DNA of 64,000 nt from a virus. Its lineage: Duplodnaviria; Caudoviricetes. Both the position numbers and the translations under genes were made by a program. The notes beneath the pieces were generated by a model. The model saw nothing but the letters and a program-made list of their open reading frames with translations. It was not told the DNA's origin and searched no databases. How positions within the stretch are numbered: the stretch's first letter is position 1; each line of letters begins with the position of its first letter. This document shows, piece by piece, positions 35,369 to 44,244 of the stretch. The stretch is taken from the IMG/VR virus record IMGVR_UViG_3300037067_018433, one strand, 5' to 3'.

Positions 35369-38300
35369 ATGCCCGCTGTTCCCGGACAGACCAAGGTGCG
35401 CGCGGTCCTCGATCCGAACTCCGAGATGGAGGTAGTCAAGGACTCCGCTACCTCGGCCATGAACGACGTGTTCCCGATCGTCGGAAAGACACGAGAGCTT
35501 CGACTGGGCAACGTGCGGGTGGACGACACGCTGTCGTGGGATGATCTTCGTGGGCAGCTGGATGCCAAGCTCAACGAGAAGACGTGGGGCGTGCCGCTCA
35601 ACGGAACGCTGTCGTTGATCGACAAGCTGTCGGGCAAAGTCCTGGACAAGAAGGATGTGCGGCTAGCGGAGTTGCCGAAGCTGACGCCGCGTCTCAGCTA
35701 CCTGGTCAACGGCCAGGAGTATCAGCTGGACAAGCAGTGGCGCCTCAAGCCCGGGATCTACGCACGCGTGAAGGACAACGGGGAACTGGAGAGCCACATC
35801 AACGTGGCGGGCGGCGAGCGCTACGCCCTCAACTTCGACCCGACCAGCCGCCGCTTCATGTTCGACCACGCCGGATCAAGCATCCCGCTGTTCCCGATGT
35901 TGCGCGCGCTGGGTGTCGACGACAGCACGCTGCGGCTGTCTTGGGGCAAGGAGATCTACGACGCGAACGCCACCGAGAAGTACGAGGGCGCCATCCGCAA
36001 GTTCTACCGGGTGTCCACGGGCAAGGAAGCACCGTCCCTGGACGTGGCGGTGCAGCACCTGCGACAAACGCTGCCCGCCAAGGAGCTCAGCCCTGATGTG
36101 ACCGAGCACACGCTGGGCGTGCGCGTCGACCGGCTCAACGGACAGGCTTTGGCCCTCGCCTCGAAGAACCTGCTCAGCATCGCGCGTGGTACGCGAGAAC
36201 CCGACGATCGCGACGCCATCCTGTTCAAGAACCTGTTCAGCACCGAGGACTACGTCGGGGAGAAGATCCGGGTCATGGGCTCGGGTCTCCGCCGGCGCCT
36301 CACCAACACCATCGACCGCCACAACAACCTCGAGCACCTGGTGTACCCCGGCATGTTCGACAAGGCGGTGGCCAGCGTGTTCACGGAGTCCGCGGTCAGC
36401 CGCATCCCGACCCAGGACAACCCCGTCGAGATGCTCGAGGGCTTCAGCCGCACCACGATCATCGGGCCCGGGGCCATCGGCGACACGCGGATGGTCACGG
36501 ACGAAGCGAAGGCCGTGGACAAGAGCCACCTCGGGTTCCTCGATCCGATCGACACGCCGGAAGGCGAGAAGGTGGGCATCGCCAGCCACCTGGCGCTCGG
36601 CGTCTCCAAGAAAGGCAACGAGCTGTTCACGCCCGTGTACGACGTCCGCCAGAAGCGGATGGTGCCGATCAATACAGCCACCTTCTACCGGTCGAACGTC
36701 GCGCTGCCGGACAGCGTGCGCTGGGTCGAGCGCAACGGTACCAAGGTCCCCGAGGCCGTGGACAAGCAGGTGCGCATCGCGGGCCCCGGCAACGACATGG
36801 CCGACGTACCGTGGGACAAGGTGGACTACGTCATCCCCAACGCCGCCATGCTGATGGGCACGGGCACGAATCTGGTGCCGTTCGCCCAGAACAACTCGGG
36901 CAACCGCCTGTCGATGAGCGCGCGCCACCTGGGGCAGACCGTACCGTTGGTACACCGGGAAGCGGCGCTGGTGCAGTCCGCGGGTCCCGAGGGCAAGTCC
37001 ATGGACCGACTGCCTGGCGCGTTGACCGCGGCCAGTTCCCGGGTCGCCGGCGTGGTCACGAAGGTCGAGCGCGGCGCCATCCACATCCGGGATGCCGCCG
37101 GCAAGTCTCACACCCACCAGATCTACGACTACTTCCCGCTCAACGACAAGCGAACCGGGATCCATGCGGAGCCCGTGGTCAAGGTGGGCGACCACGTGAA
37201 GGACGGCCAGCTGATCGCGGATTCGTGGTTCACGAAGGATGGGCGCCTGGCCATCGGCGCCAACATGCGCACGGCGTTCCTCGCGCTGCCCGTGATGACG
37301 CACGAGGACTCGGTCGTCATCTCCGAGTCCGCTGCGAAGAACTTGGCGAGCTTGCATCTCCACCGGCACCAGTTCGTACCGGACGAGAACACCAAGGTGG
37401 GCAAGGCGCCGTTCGCCGCCTACTACCCGGCGCGCTACGGCAGCACCCAGCTGGACAAGCTGGACAGCGACGGTATCGTGCGCGAAGGGCAGAAGGTGGT
37501 GCCGGGGGATCCCCTGACGCTGGCCCTTCGCCCCCAGCAGTACACCACCGAGACCCAGGCCATCGCCCGGTTGTCCAAGTCCCTGGTCAAGCCGTATGCG
37601 GACACGTCCACGACCTGGGAGCAGGACGTGCCGGGGACCGTCGTCCGTGTGCACAAGCTGCCGGACGGCCGCGCGCACGTCGTGATCGCTACCGAAGAGC
37701 CCATGCAGGTGGCTGACAAGCTGAGCAACAGACACGCCGGCAAGGGCACCGTGGGCGCAGTCTACCGTGACGATCAAATGCCGAAGGACAAGAACGGCAA
37801 GCCGGTGGACATCGTCATGAACCCGTACGCCATCCCTGGTCGCCAGAACATCGGCCAGGTCTACGAGATGGCGGCCGGCAAGATCGCCATCAAGACAGGC
37901 AAGCCGTACATGACCCGCAACTACCAACCGGGCGTGGACTACGGCGAGCTGCTGCGGAAGGAAATGAAGGAACACGGGCTGGACGAGCAGGAAGAACTGT
38001 TCGACGCCCAGACCGGAGCGTCGTTGGGCAAGGCGCTTGTCGGGCCCATGTACATCCTCAAGCAGCGGCACCAGGTCGACCGTAAGATCCACGCGCGCGC
38101 CGGGGGCCCGGGGTATCCGTACGATATCGACCGGCAACCGCGGCGTGGCGGTGAAGGCGGAGCGCAGAGTCTCGGGGGGCTGGGGGAGCTGGCGCTGCTG
38201 GCGCATGGCGCACGCAGCATTCTGCGCGAGGCGCACAGCTCGAAGTCCGACATGGCGTCTCAGGATGAGATGTGGCGGGCCATCCAGCTGGGCCAGCCGC

Positions 38301-41300
38301 TTCCTCCTCCGAGACCGACGTTTGCCCAGAAGAAGTTCGAGGGCTACCTCAACACGCTCGGCGTCCGCCTGAAGAAGGACGGGACTCGCGTCCAGATGGT
38401 GCCGCTGACCGACCACGACACCCTGCGCATGAGCAGTGGGGCCCTCAGCAAGCCGAACCTCACGCTCAAGGGGCACGAGTTGATCCCGGAGACAGGCGGG
38501 CTGTTCGACCCCCATGTTACCGGCGGGCTCGATGGCGACCGCATGAGCCACATCCAGCTGCCGGAGTCCATCCCCAACCCGTTCTTCGAGCGCGGGGTGC
38601 TGGCGTTGACCGGCATGACCCAGGACCAGCTGCTGGATGTTCTGGGCGGCCGCCTGGCGGTGGACAAGGAGCGCAAGCTGGTCGCGGCCAAGACCCCCGG
38701 CTCCCGTACCGGGTCCGACGCCGTGGGTTGGATGCTCGACCAGGTGGACGTGAAGAAGGACGCTATCACCGTCCGCGCGCAGCTCCCCAAGTTGACGGGT
38801 ACCCAGCTGGACCGCTCCAACCGGAAGCTGCGGTATCTCGAGGCGCTGGATGAGGTGGGTCTCCGACCGCGGACCGCGTACATGACCAGCGTGATCCCCG
38901 TGCTCCCCCCGACCATGCGCCCGCTGACCGTGCTGCCGACCGGGGATCTCGCATCCGACCCCCTCAACGAGACGTACAAGGCTCTGGGCACCGTCGTCTC
39001 CAAGTACGAGGACATGGACCCGAGCCTTCCCGACCGCAGCCGTGGGCGCCTGCGCAAGGAGTTGTACACGTCGCTCTCCGCGCTTCAAGGAGTGGGCGCC
39101 GGCTACAAGCGCATCCAGGGGGGAGAAACCCAGGGCATCATGGATGTGTTCACGCAGCCGACCGCCAAGCACGCGTGGATCTTCCAGCACCTGTTCAAGC
39201 CGCGCCAGGACCTATCGGCGCGCTCGGTCATCACCCCGGATCCCGACATCACCATCGATGAGGTTGGCGTACCCCACCGCATCGCCACCGAGATCTTCAA
39301 GCCGTTCACCGTCCGCGAGCTCAGCCGCGTTGGGTACAGTCCGCTGCAAGCCGAGCAGATGATCAAGGCGAACGACCCGATGGCTGAAGCGTCCCTGCGC
39401 AAGGTGATGAGCGAGAAGCTGGTGCTCATGAAGCGGGACCCGGTGCTCCACCAGCAGGGCATTCAGGCGCTCAAGCCGATCATGCGCAAGGGGCTGTCCA
39501 TAACGATAAACCCTATGATTGCCGCGGGATACGGGGCGGACTTCGACGGAGATCAAACGGCGTTGTTCGTTCCCCAGTCGCCGGCCGCCCAGCAAGAAGC
39601 GCGGGGGATGCTACCGTCGGTCAACCTCCTGCACAAAGCGTCCGGGCGCCCGGTGTACGCGCCGACCAACGAAATGCAGCTCGGATTGTTCCGCGCCACG
39701 ACCATCAAACCCGACCCGCATGCGCCGAACTACAAGACAGTGGAAGAGGCGCTGGCCGCAGCTGTCGCCGGCAAGCAGAAATGGGGAACGATCAATGTTG
39801 GCGGGCGTGCGACAACCATGGGCCGCGTTCGATTGTGGGCCACGCTTCCGATGGACATGCGCAAGGACGCCATCCTGTACGACCCCAACGTGGTGTGGAA
39901 CTCCAAGGTCACTGGCGGGTTCCTCAAGCAGCTGGCCGAGACCCATGCCCCCGAGTACGCGGGCGTCGCGCAGAAGGTCATGAACCTGGGCGCGAGCAAC
40001 GTCTACGAGCAGGCCTTCAGCCTGTCGTTGAACGACTTCCGCACCGACACCCAGTCGAGGGACGCCGCGTTCCGCACGGCGAACTCCGACATCCGCAAGC
40101 TGCCGGCGACCCTGTCCAAGATCGACCGCGACTCCAAGACCGTCGGCATCTGGGTGAACGCCGGCGAGGCCATGGAGAAGGCGCACTGGGACAAGGTCAC
40201 GGCGAACCCCCCGCAGCTGGCGATGATGGCGCTGGCCGGGATCAAGCCATCGCGTGACCAGTACAAGCAGCTGGTGATGGCGCCCATGATCGTAGCGGGA
40301 ATCAAGGGCAAGCCCATCCCGGTGCCCGTCGGCCACTCGTTCAGCGAAGGGCTCACGACCTCCGACTTCTGGACCCAGGCGCAGGCCGCGCGTGTCGCGT
40401 CCATGCGCAAGACCCAGGAGGTCCGGGAGCCGGGGTACCTCTCCAAGCAGATCATCAACACCGTGGCCGATACCGTGGTGGCGTCCCGCGACTGTGGGAC
40501 AACCGAGGGTATCGCGATGGCCGTCGACCACCCGGACGTCACCGATAGATACCTGGCGAAGGCCGCGCCCGGGGCGGCTGCCGGGGGGCTCGTCACCCAG
40601 TCGCTTGTGGATCACTGGAGGAAGGAAGGGACGCAGTCGGTTGTCGTCCGTTCCCCGCTCAAGTGCAAGCTGCCGCAAGGGATCTGTCAACGCTGCTCAG
40701 GGCTGATGGGGGACGGGCATCTCCCTGGAATAGGTACCAATATCGGGGTCATTGCCGGACAGGCGCTTGGAGAACGATCAACCCAGCTTATGCTGAAATC
40801 GGTTCATTGTCTGCACGAGCACACGGTAGTTACCGTTCGTTGTAGGAAACGTGTTTGGAGCACCACCTTGGGGCGTCTGTACGAACGGTATGCCCCTACC
40901 ACTAGGGTTGGATCTGCTCCTGTTGACGACCTGTCGGTGTGGTCCAACGGGAAGTGGAACAAGATCCGTTCGGTGGTTTGCCACGAGCAAACACCCGGAA
41001 CAACCATGGTGATGCTCAAAACCCGCGCTGGAGGCTTCATCATCAGCCAGGACAACCACCCCCACATGTTGGCGGAGGCCCCGACTATCTGCGCGTGTGG
41101 AACGATTCCGAAACCTGAGAACGCCAAACGGCGGATCAGCGGTTGGTGGTGTAGGAAGTGCGGAGTTCGGGTAAAGGTGTTGGCTCCGTCTTCACCCGTG
41201 TTGGCAGTTGAGCCACGATCCATAGGACGTCGTACCCATAACGCCGTCCTTGTTCCCCCTCCTCCTGCTGATTGGGTTGGTGTTCCCCTACAGGACGGCT

Positions 41301-42805
41301 GGCTCGCTGGGATGTACGCAGCTGAAGGATGCGTACAGGTAATGTCGTACGACTACATGTGGAAGGACGGGGTGACCAAATCGAGGTACTCCTATCGTGT
41401 AGGCGTAGACATTGCCGAGCCGAAGGGGTTTCTGCAAAAGCGCGTCTTGCAGTCAGCAAAGCAGGAGCACCCACGCCTGCGGGTTACTCACGATAGCAGG
41501 AAGGTGCACTTCTACGACGTATCGACCGCTGCGTACTATGAGCGCTGTTTCGGCCGGTACGCTTGGAATAAAGGGCTTCCTGATGGGTGGACAGGCTTCA
41601 ACCGAAAGTGGCTTGGTGACTTCCTCGCTGGAATGATCGACGGCGATGGTACGGTATCGAGGAATCAAGAAAGCTGTTGGTACAATGTAGGGATCAGCAC
41701 GACCAGCGCCCTGTTGGCAGAGCAACTTCGTTGGATAGTGGAGCGCCTGGGTGGCTGTGCCCACGTCAACACTACCCCATGGAGGAAAAGCAAGATCAGG
41801 CGTAAGGATGGATCGATACGCCCGGTGGTATCCAAGCATCAAGGGTACATTGTGGGGTTCTCGTACACCGCACCCCTGGTGGGTTGGTTGGGTGAGTGCA
41901 CTAAGTTGGGCGGTATCCCTGCGCGAGAAAAAAACATCGAGCAGGCGCAACCCGAACTGGTGGAGTTCATACAGCCCATCCGTTTCTTGGAAACGCCTCT
42001 CGTGTATGATCTCGAGACGGAAGACGGCACGCTGGCCGCCAACGGTATCTGGACGCACAACAGTGGAGGCGTCGTGGGCAAGGGATCCGGGTCCTCGGCC
42101 ATCAACCAGTTCGACCGCATCGAGCACCTACTGCGCATGCCCAAGGTCATCCCGAACGCCGCGGTGTTGGCGGAGAACGAGGGGGTGGTCAAGTCGGTAC
42201 GTGCGGATCCCGCCGGCGGGTTCCGGGTAGGCATCGAGGCCCACGGGAAGCTGGTGGACCACCACGTTCCGGGTACGACTAAGCTGGCGCCCGACGTGCG
42301 CGCCGGGTATAGGGTGTCCGCCGGTACCCCGTTGTCGACGGGCTACATCAACATGCACGACCTCCTGCGCACGGCGGGCTTGCCCGCGGTCCAGAATCAG
42401 ATCACGAACGAGCTGGACGACATCTACCGGCCGCAGGGCATCCGTAGACGCAACGTCGAGGTCGTCGTGCGGGGCATCACCAACCTGGGCCAGGTCGAGG
42501 ACGCAGGCGGCCACGAGCACATGCGGCGGGGCGACATGGTCCCGCTGTCCGTGGTCCATGGGTGGAACGAGAGCCACAAGGATCACATCAAGGTGAGCCC
42601 GATGCTCAAGGGCATTGCGTTCGCACCGCTGGACCTCACCGAGGACTGGATGTCGAAGCTGCACCACGAGCGGCTCAAGGACACGCTGGTTGACGCGGCA
42701 CTCGAGGGCCACCAGGCCGACGTCGCCGGCCTGAACCCGTTCTCTGCGATCGCGTTTTCCCCGGGTTTCGGCACGGGGCTGTCCGGTAAGCCGGGGGCCT
42801 ACTGA
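35369..42805 (+). CDS. rpoBC: single-chain beta-beta' DNA-directed RNA polymerase, intein-containing
   Basis: beta motifs DTPEG, LVPF..NNSGNR.SM, HEDS, DKLSNRHAGKG, PSR-like PGRQNIGQ; beta' motifs PVLPPTMRP, R.VI.P, RDPVLH, catalytic GADFDGD, GYL, ALGE..TQL. Confidence 0.95.
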   Translation: MPAVPGQTKVRAVLDPNSEMEVVKDSATSAMNDVFPIVGKTRELRLGNVRVDDTLSWDDLRGQLDAKLNEKTWGVPLNGTLSLIDKLSGKVLDKKDVRLAELPKLTPRLSYLVNGQEYQLDKQWRLKPGIYARVKDNGELESHINVAGGERYALNFDPTSRRFMFDHAGSSIPLFPMLRALGVDDSTLRLSWGKEIYDANATEKYEGAIRKFYRVSTGKEAPSLDVAVQHLRQTLPAKELSPDVTEHTLGVRVDRLNGQALALASKNLLSIARGTREPDDRDAILFKNLFSTEDYVGEKIRVMGSGLRRRLTNTIDRHNNLEHLVYPGMFDKAVASVFTESAVSRIPTQDNPVEMLEGFSRTTIIGPGAIGDTRMVTDEAKAVDKSHLGFLDPIDTPEGEKVGIASHLALGVSKKGNELFTPVYDVRQKRMVPINTATFYRSNVALPDSVRWVERNGTKVPEAVDKQVRIAGPGNDMADVPWDKVDYVIPNAAMLMGTGTNLVPFAQNNSGNRLSMSARHLGQTVPLVHREAALVQSAGPEGKSMDRLPGALTAASSRVAGVVTKVERGAIHIRDAAGKSHTHQIYDYFPLNDKRTGIHAEPVVKVGDHVKDGQLIADSWFTKDGRLAIGANMRTAFLALPVMTHEDSVVISESAAKNLASLHLHRHQFVPDENTKVGKAPFAAYYPARYGSTQLDKLDSDGIVREGQKVVPGDPLTLALRPQQYTTETQAIARLSKSLVKPYADTSTTWEQDVPGTVVRVHKLPDGRAHVVIATEEPMQVADKLSNRHAGKGTVGAVYRDDQMPKDKNGKPVDIVMNPYAIPGRQNIGQVYEMAAGKIAIKTGKPYMTRNYQPGVDYGELLRKEMKEHGLDEQEELFDAQTGASLGKALVGPMYILKQRHQVDRKIHARAGGPGYPYDIDRQPRRGGEGGAQSLGGLGELALLAHGARSILREAHSSKSDMASQDEMWRAIQLGQPLPPPRPTFAQKKFEGYLNTLGVRLKKDGTRVQMVPLTDHDTLRMSSGALSKPNLTLKGHELIPETGGLFDPHVTGGLDGDRMSHIQLPESIPNPFFERGVLALTGMTQDQLLDVLGGRLAVDKERKLVAAKTPGSRTGSDAVGWMLDQVDVKKDAITVRAQLPKLTGTQLDRSNRKLRYLEALDEVGLRPRTAYMTSVIPVLPPTMRPLTVLPTGDLASDPLNETYKALGTVVSKYEDMDPSLPDRSRGRLRKELYTSLSALQGVGAGYKRIQGGETQGIMDVFTQPTAKHAWIFQHLFKPRQDLSARSVITPDPDITIDEVGVPHRIATEIFKPFTVRELSRVGYSPLQAEQMIKANDPMAEASLRKVMSEKLVLMKRDPVLHQQGIQALKPIMRKGLSITINPMIAAGYGADFDGDQTALFVPQSPAAQQEARGMLPSVNLLHKASGRPVYAPTNEMQLGLFRATTIKPDPHAPNYKTVEEALAAAVAGKQKWGTINVGGRATTMGRVRLWATLPMDMRKDAILYDPNVVWNSKVTGGFLKQLAETHAPEYAGVAQKVMNLGASNVYEQAFSLSLNDFRTDTQSRDAAFRTANSDIRKLPATLSKIDRDSKTVGIWVNAGEAMEKAHWDKVTANPPQLAMMALAGIKPSRDQYKQLVMAPMIVAGIKGKPIPVPVGHSFSEGLTTSDFWTQAQAARVASMRKTQEVREPGYLSKQIINTVADTVVASRDCGTTEGIAMAVDHPDVTDRYLAKAAPGAAAGGLVTQSLVDHWRKEGTQSVVVRSPLKCKLPQGICQRCSGLMGDGHLPGIGTNIGVIAGQALGERSTQLMLKSVHCLHEHTVVTVRCRKRVWSTTLGRLYERYAPTTRVGSAPVDDLSVWSNGKWNKIRSVVCHEQTPGTTMVMLKTRAGGFIISQDNHPHMLAEAPTICACGTIPKPENAKRRISGWWCRKCGVRVKVLAPSSPVLAVEPRSIGRRTHNAVLVPPPPADWVGVPLQDGWLAGMYAAEGCVQVMSYDYMWKDGVTKSRYSYRVGVDIAEPKGFLQKRVLQSAKQEHPRLRVTHDSRKVHFYDVSTAAYYERCFGRYAWNKGLPDGWTGFNRKWLGDFLAGMIDGDGTVSRNQESCWYNVGISTTSALLAEQLRWIVERLGGCAHVNTTPWRKSKIRRKDGSIRPVVSKHQGYIVGFSYTAPLVGWLGECTKLGGIPAREKNIEQAQPELVEFIQPIRFLETPLVYDLETEDGTLAANGIWTHNSGGVVGKGSGSSAINQFDRIEHLLRMPKVIPNAAVLAENEGVVKSVRADPAGGFRVGIEAHGKLVDHHVPGTTKLAPDVRAGYRVSAGTPLSTGYINMHDLLRTAGLPAVQNQITNELDDIYRPQGIRRRNVEVVVRGITNLGQVEDAGGHEHMRRGDMVPLSVVHGWNESHKDHIKVSPMLKGIAFAPLDLTEDWMSKLHHERLKDTLVDAALEGHQADVAGLNPFSAIAFSPGFGTGLSGKPGAY
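40808..42061 (+). mobile_element. intein (418 aa) with LAGLIDADG homing endonuclease
   Basis: Starts CLHEHT, ends VYDLET...GIWTHN before Ser; GWLAGMYAAEG and FLAGMIDGDG motifs; visibly lower GC. Confidence 0.93.
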
Positions 42806-43893
42806 TGGGCAACAGTCCTGCGTCGTCCGGGCTGCATGCCGCTCGAATCCTTCGCGCACGTGTCACCAACGTCGACACGCGACGGTACACGGTCGACGTG
42901 CAGACCGAGCAAGAGAACCGCGACTACCCCAACGTGCAGATCGGCTCTCCGATGTACCACTTCCTTGGCGAGGGCCAAGGTGGTCTTCCGGACATCGGGG
43001 CACGGTGTCTGATCGCCATACCGTCCGACGACACACCGCCCACCATCCTGGTGTTCCTGGACCTGCCGTTCATGGCGTCGCCCACCGAACTGGAGCAGGG
43101 TGGCGGATCGGACCTTCCACAGGCGGGCAGCGACGAGTACCAGATGTCGTTCGCCGGCGCCAAGCCCAAGTGCTTGCCGGGCGACTACTGGCTCATTGGA
43201 CGCGACGGCAACTTCTTCTTCCTCCGACGCGGCGGGACGATCCAGGAGGGGGCGAGTGCCTTCTGCCAGCGCATGTACCTCCGCCCGCGCAACGTCATCC
43301 GCGACTTCTGCGAGAACTACCTGCTGTCGACCGTGGGCATCGACTTGTTGCTGGAGAGCGAACGGGAGGCGGACAGCGATTCCGTAGATCTCGGAACGCA
43401 CCTCCGGCTCCAGGTCAACGAGCTGCTGGGGGACACCAAGGCCACGGTACTGCTGGAGGCAGGCAAGCTGGGGGACGACAAGGTCCTGCGGCTAGCGGTG
43501 GTCGAGGAAGGGATCGACCGCGCATCGGGGTCCTACGCCAACCCGGACGCCGAGTGGTCGGTCAAGAAGGATGGAACGGTCGACGGTGTGTTCGGTGCCA
43601 CGACGCTCGAGTACCAGTCGCTGGACGAGTCGGTGATCGGCAACCGTACGGAGACCATCCGCGGCCGTACATCGTTGAGCGCGCTGGACAGCAGCGAGGA
43701 CATCACGGGCACGAAGCGCATCGAGGCCACGACCATCCAGCTCTCGGGGAAGGTCATCTTTGGATCAGGGGCTCAGCCGATCTGCGGGAACGCCGACGCG
43801 TTCTACCAGTGGTGCCTCACCCATACGCACGACGCCAGCGGGGTGCCCGTTCCCCCTCCCCCTCCGATCGCTATCCGCAACGTCGTAGGCTAA
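42805..43893 (+). CDS. baseplate central spike (gpV/gp5-like)
   Basis: N-terminal OB-like ARVTNVD...LPDIGARCLI; beta-rich body; C-terminal HTH (HxH) apex motif. Confidence 0.65.
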   Translation: MGNSPASSGLHAARILRARVTNVDTRRYTVDVQTEQENRDYPNVQIGSPMYHFLGEGQGGLPDIGARCLIAIPSDDTPPTILVFLDLPFMASPTELEQGGGSDLPQAGSDEYQMSFAGAKPKCLPGDYWLIGRDGNFFFLRRGGTIQEGASAFCQRMYLRPRNVIRDFCENYLLSTVGIDLLLESEREADSDSVDLGTHLRLQVNELLGDTKATVLLEAGKLGDDKVLRLAVVEEGIDRASGSYANPDAEWSVKKDGTVDGVFGATTLEYQSLDESVIGNRTETIRGRTSLSALDSSEDITGTKRIEATTIQLSGKVIFGSGAQPICGNADAFYQWCLTHTHDASGVPVPPPPPIAIRNVVG

Positions 43894-43942
43894 AGGAAAG
43901 AGCCGGTGTTAGGACGCCCCGAACGGGGCCACCGGCCTGTTG

Positions 43943-44146
43943 CTACTCGCCTTCGACCCGGTGCCCGTACCCCTCATCGGGCTCGGAGCTCCGCAGCACG
44001 GCGAACACCAGCAGGGGGACCGTCAACCACAGGCTCCCGAGGCCTTGATCGACGAGCCCCCAGACAAGCAGTACGCAGAACCCGATGGTCACCAGCTTCC
44101 ACCAGAACCACGACAGACGTCCCGTACGATGCGAGCAGCCAGGCAT
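43943..44146 (-). CDS. small membrane protein
   Basis: Two hydrophobic helices; AAGGAGG SD; directly downstream of promoter motif copy 5. Confidence 0.6.
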   Translation of the reverse strand: MPGCSHRTGRLSWFWWKLVTIGFCVLLVWGLVDQGLGSLWLTVPLLVFAVLRSSEPDEGYGHRVEGE

Positions 44147-44165
44147 ACTGTTCCTCCTTCAGCTG

Positions 44166-44195
44166 TCTTATGACAGATCGAATCTGCCGGTTTTC
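44166..44195 (-). promoter_or_regulatory. phage-specific bipartite promoter motif, copy 5
   Basis: GAAAA-N16-GTCATAAGA. Confidence 0.6.
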
Positions 44196-44220
44196 ACCAC
44201 AAACAACCGCGTGGTACGCT
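44193..44220 (+). promoter_or_regulatory. sigma70-like promoter
   Basis: TTCACC-N16-TACGCT with TGn; same arrangement and the 12-mer GCGTGGTACGCT recur at 59227-59254. Confidence 0.55.
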
Positions 44221-44244
44221 GGGACCAGCAGGAGGTGAGACGCG

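Noticed and set aside
35876-39190. 1104-aa antisense ORF and many other long shadow ORFs (e.g. 44194-45951, 52198-53802)
   Set aside because: These are expected opposite high-GC3 genes; they have no motifs and fully overlap well-supported genes.
40786-40797. Sixth copy of the promoter motif (GCTTATGCT)
   Set aside because: Partial match inside the RNAP CDS with no A-tract at the right spacing.
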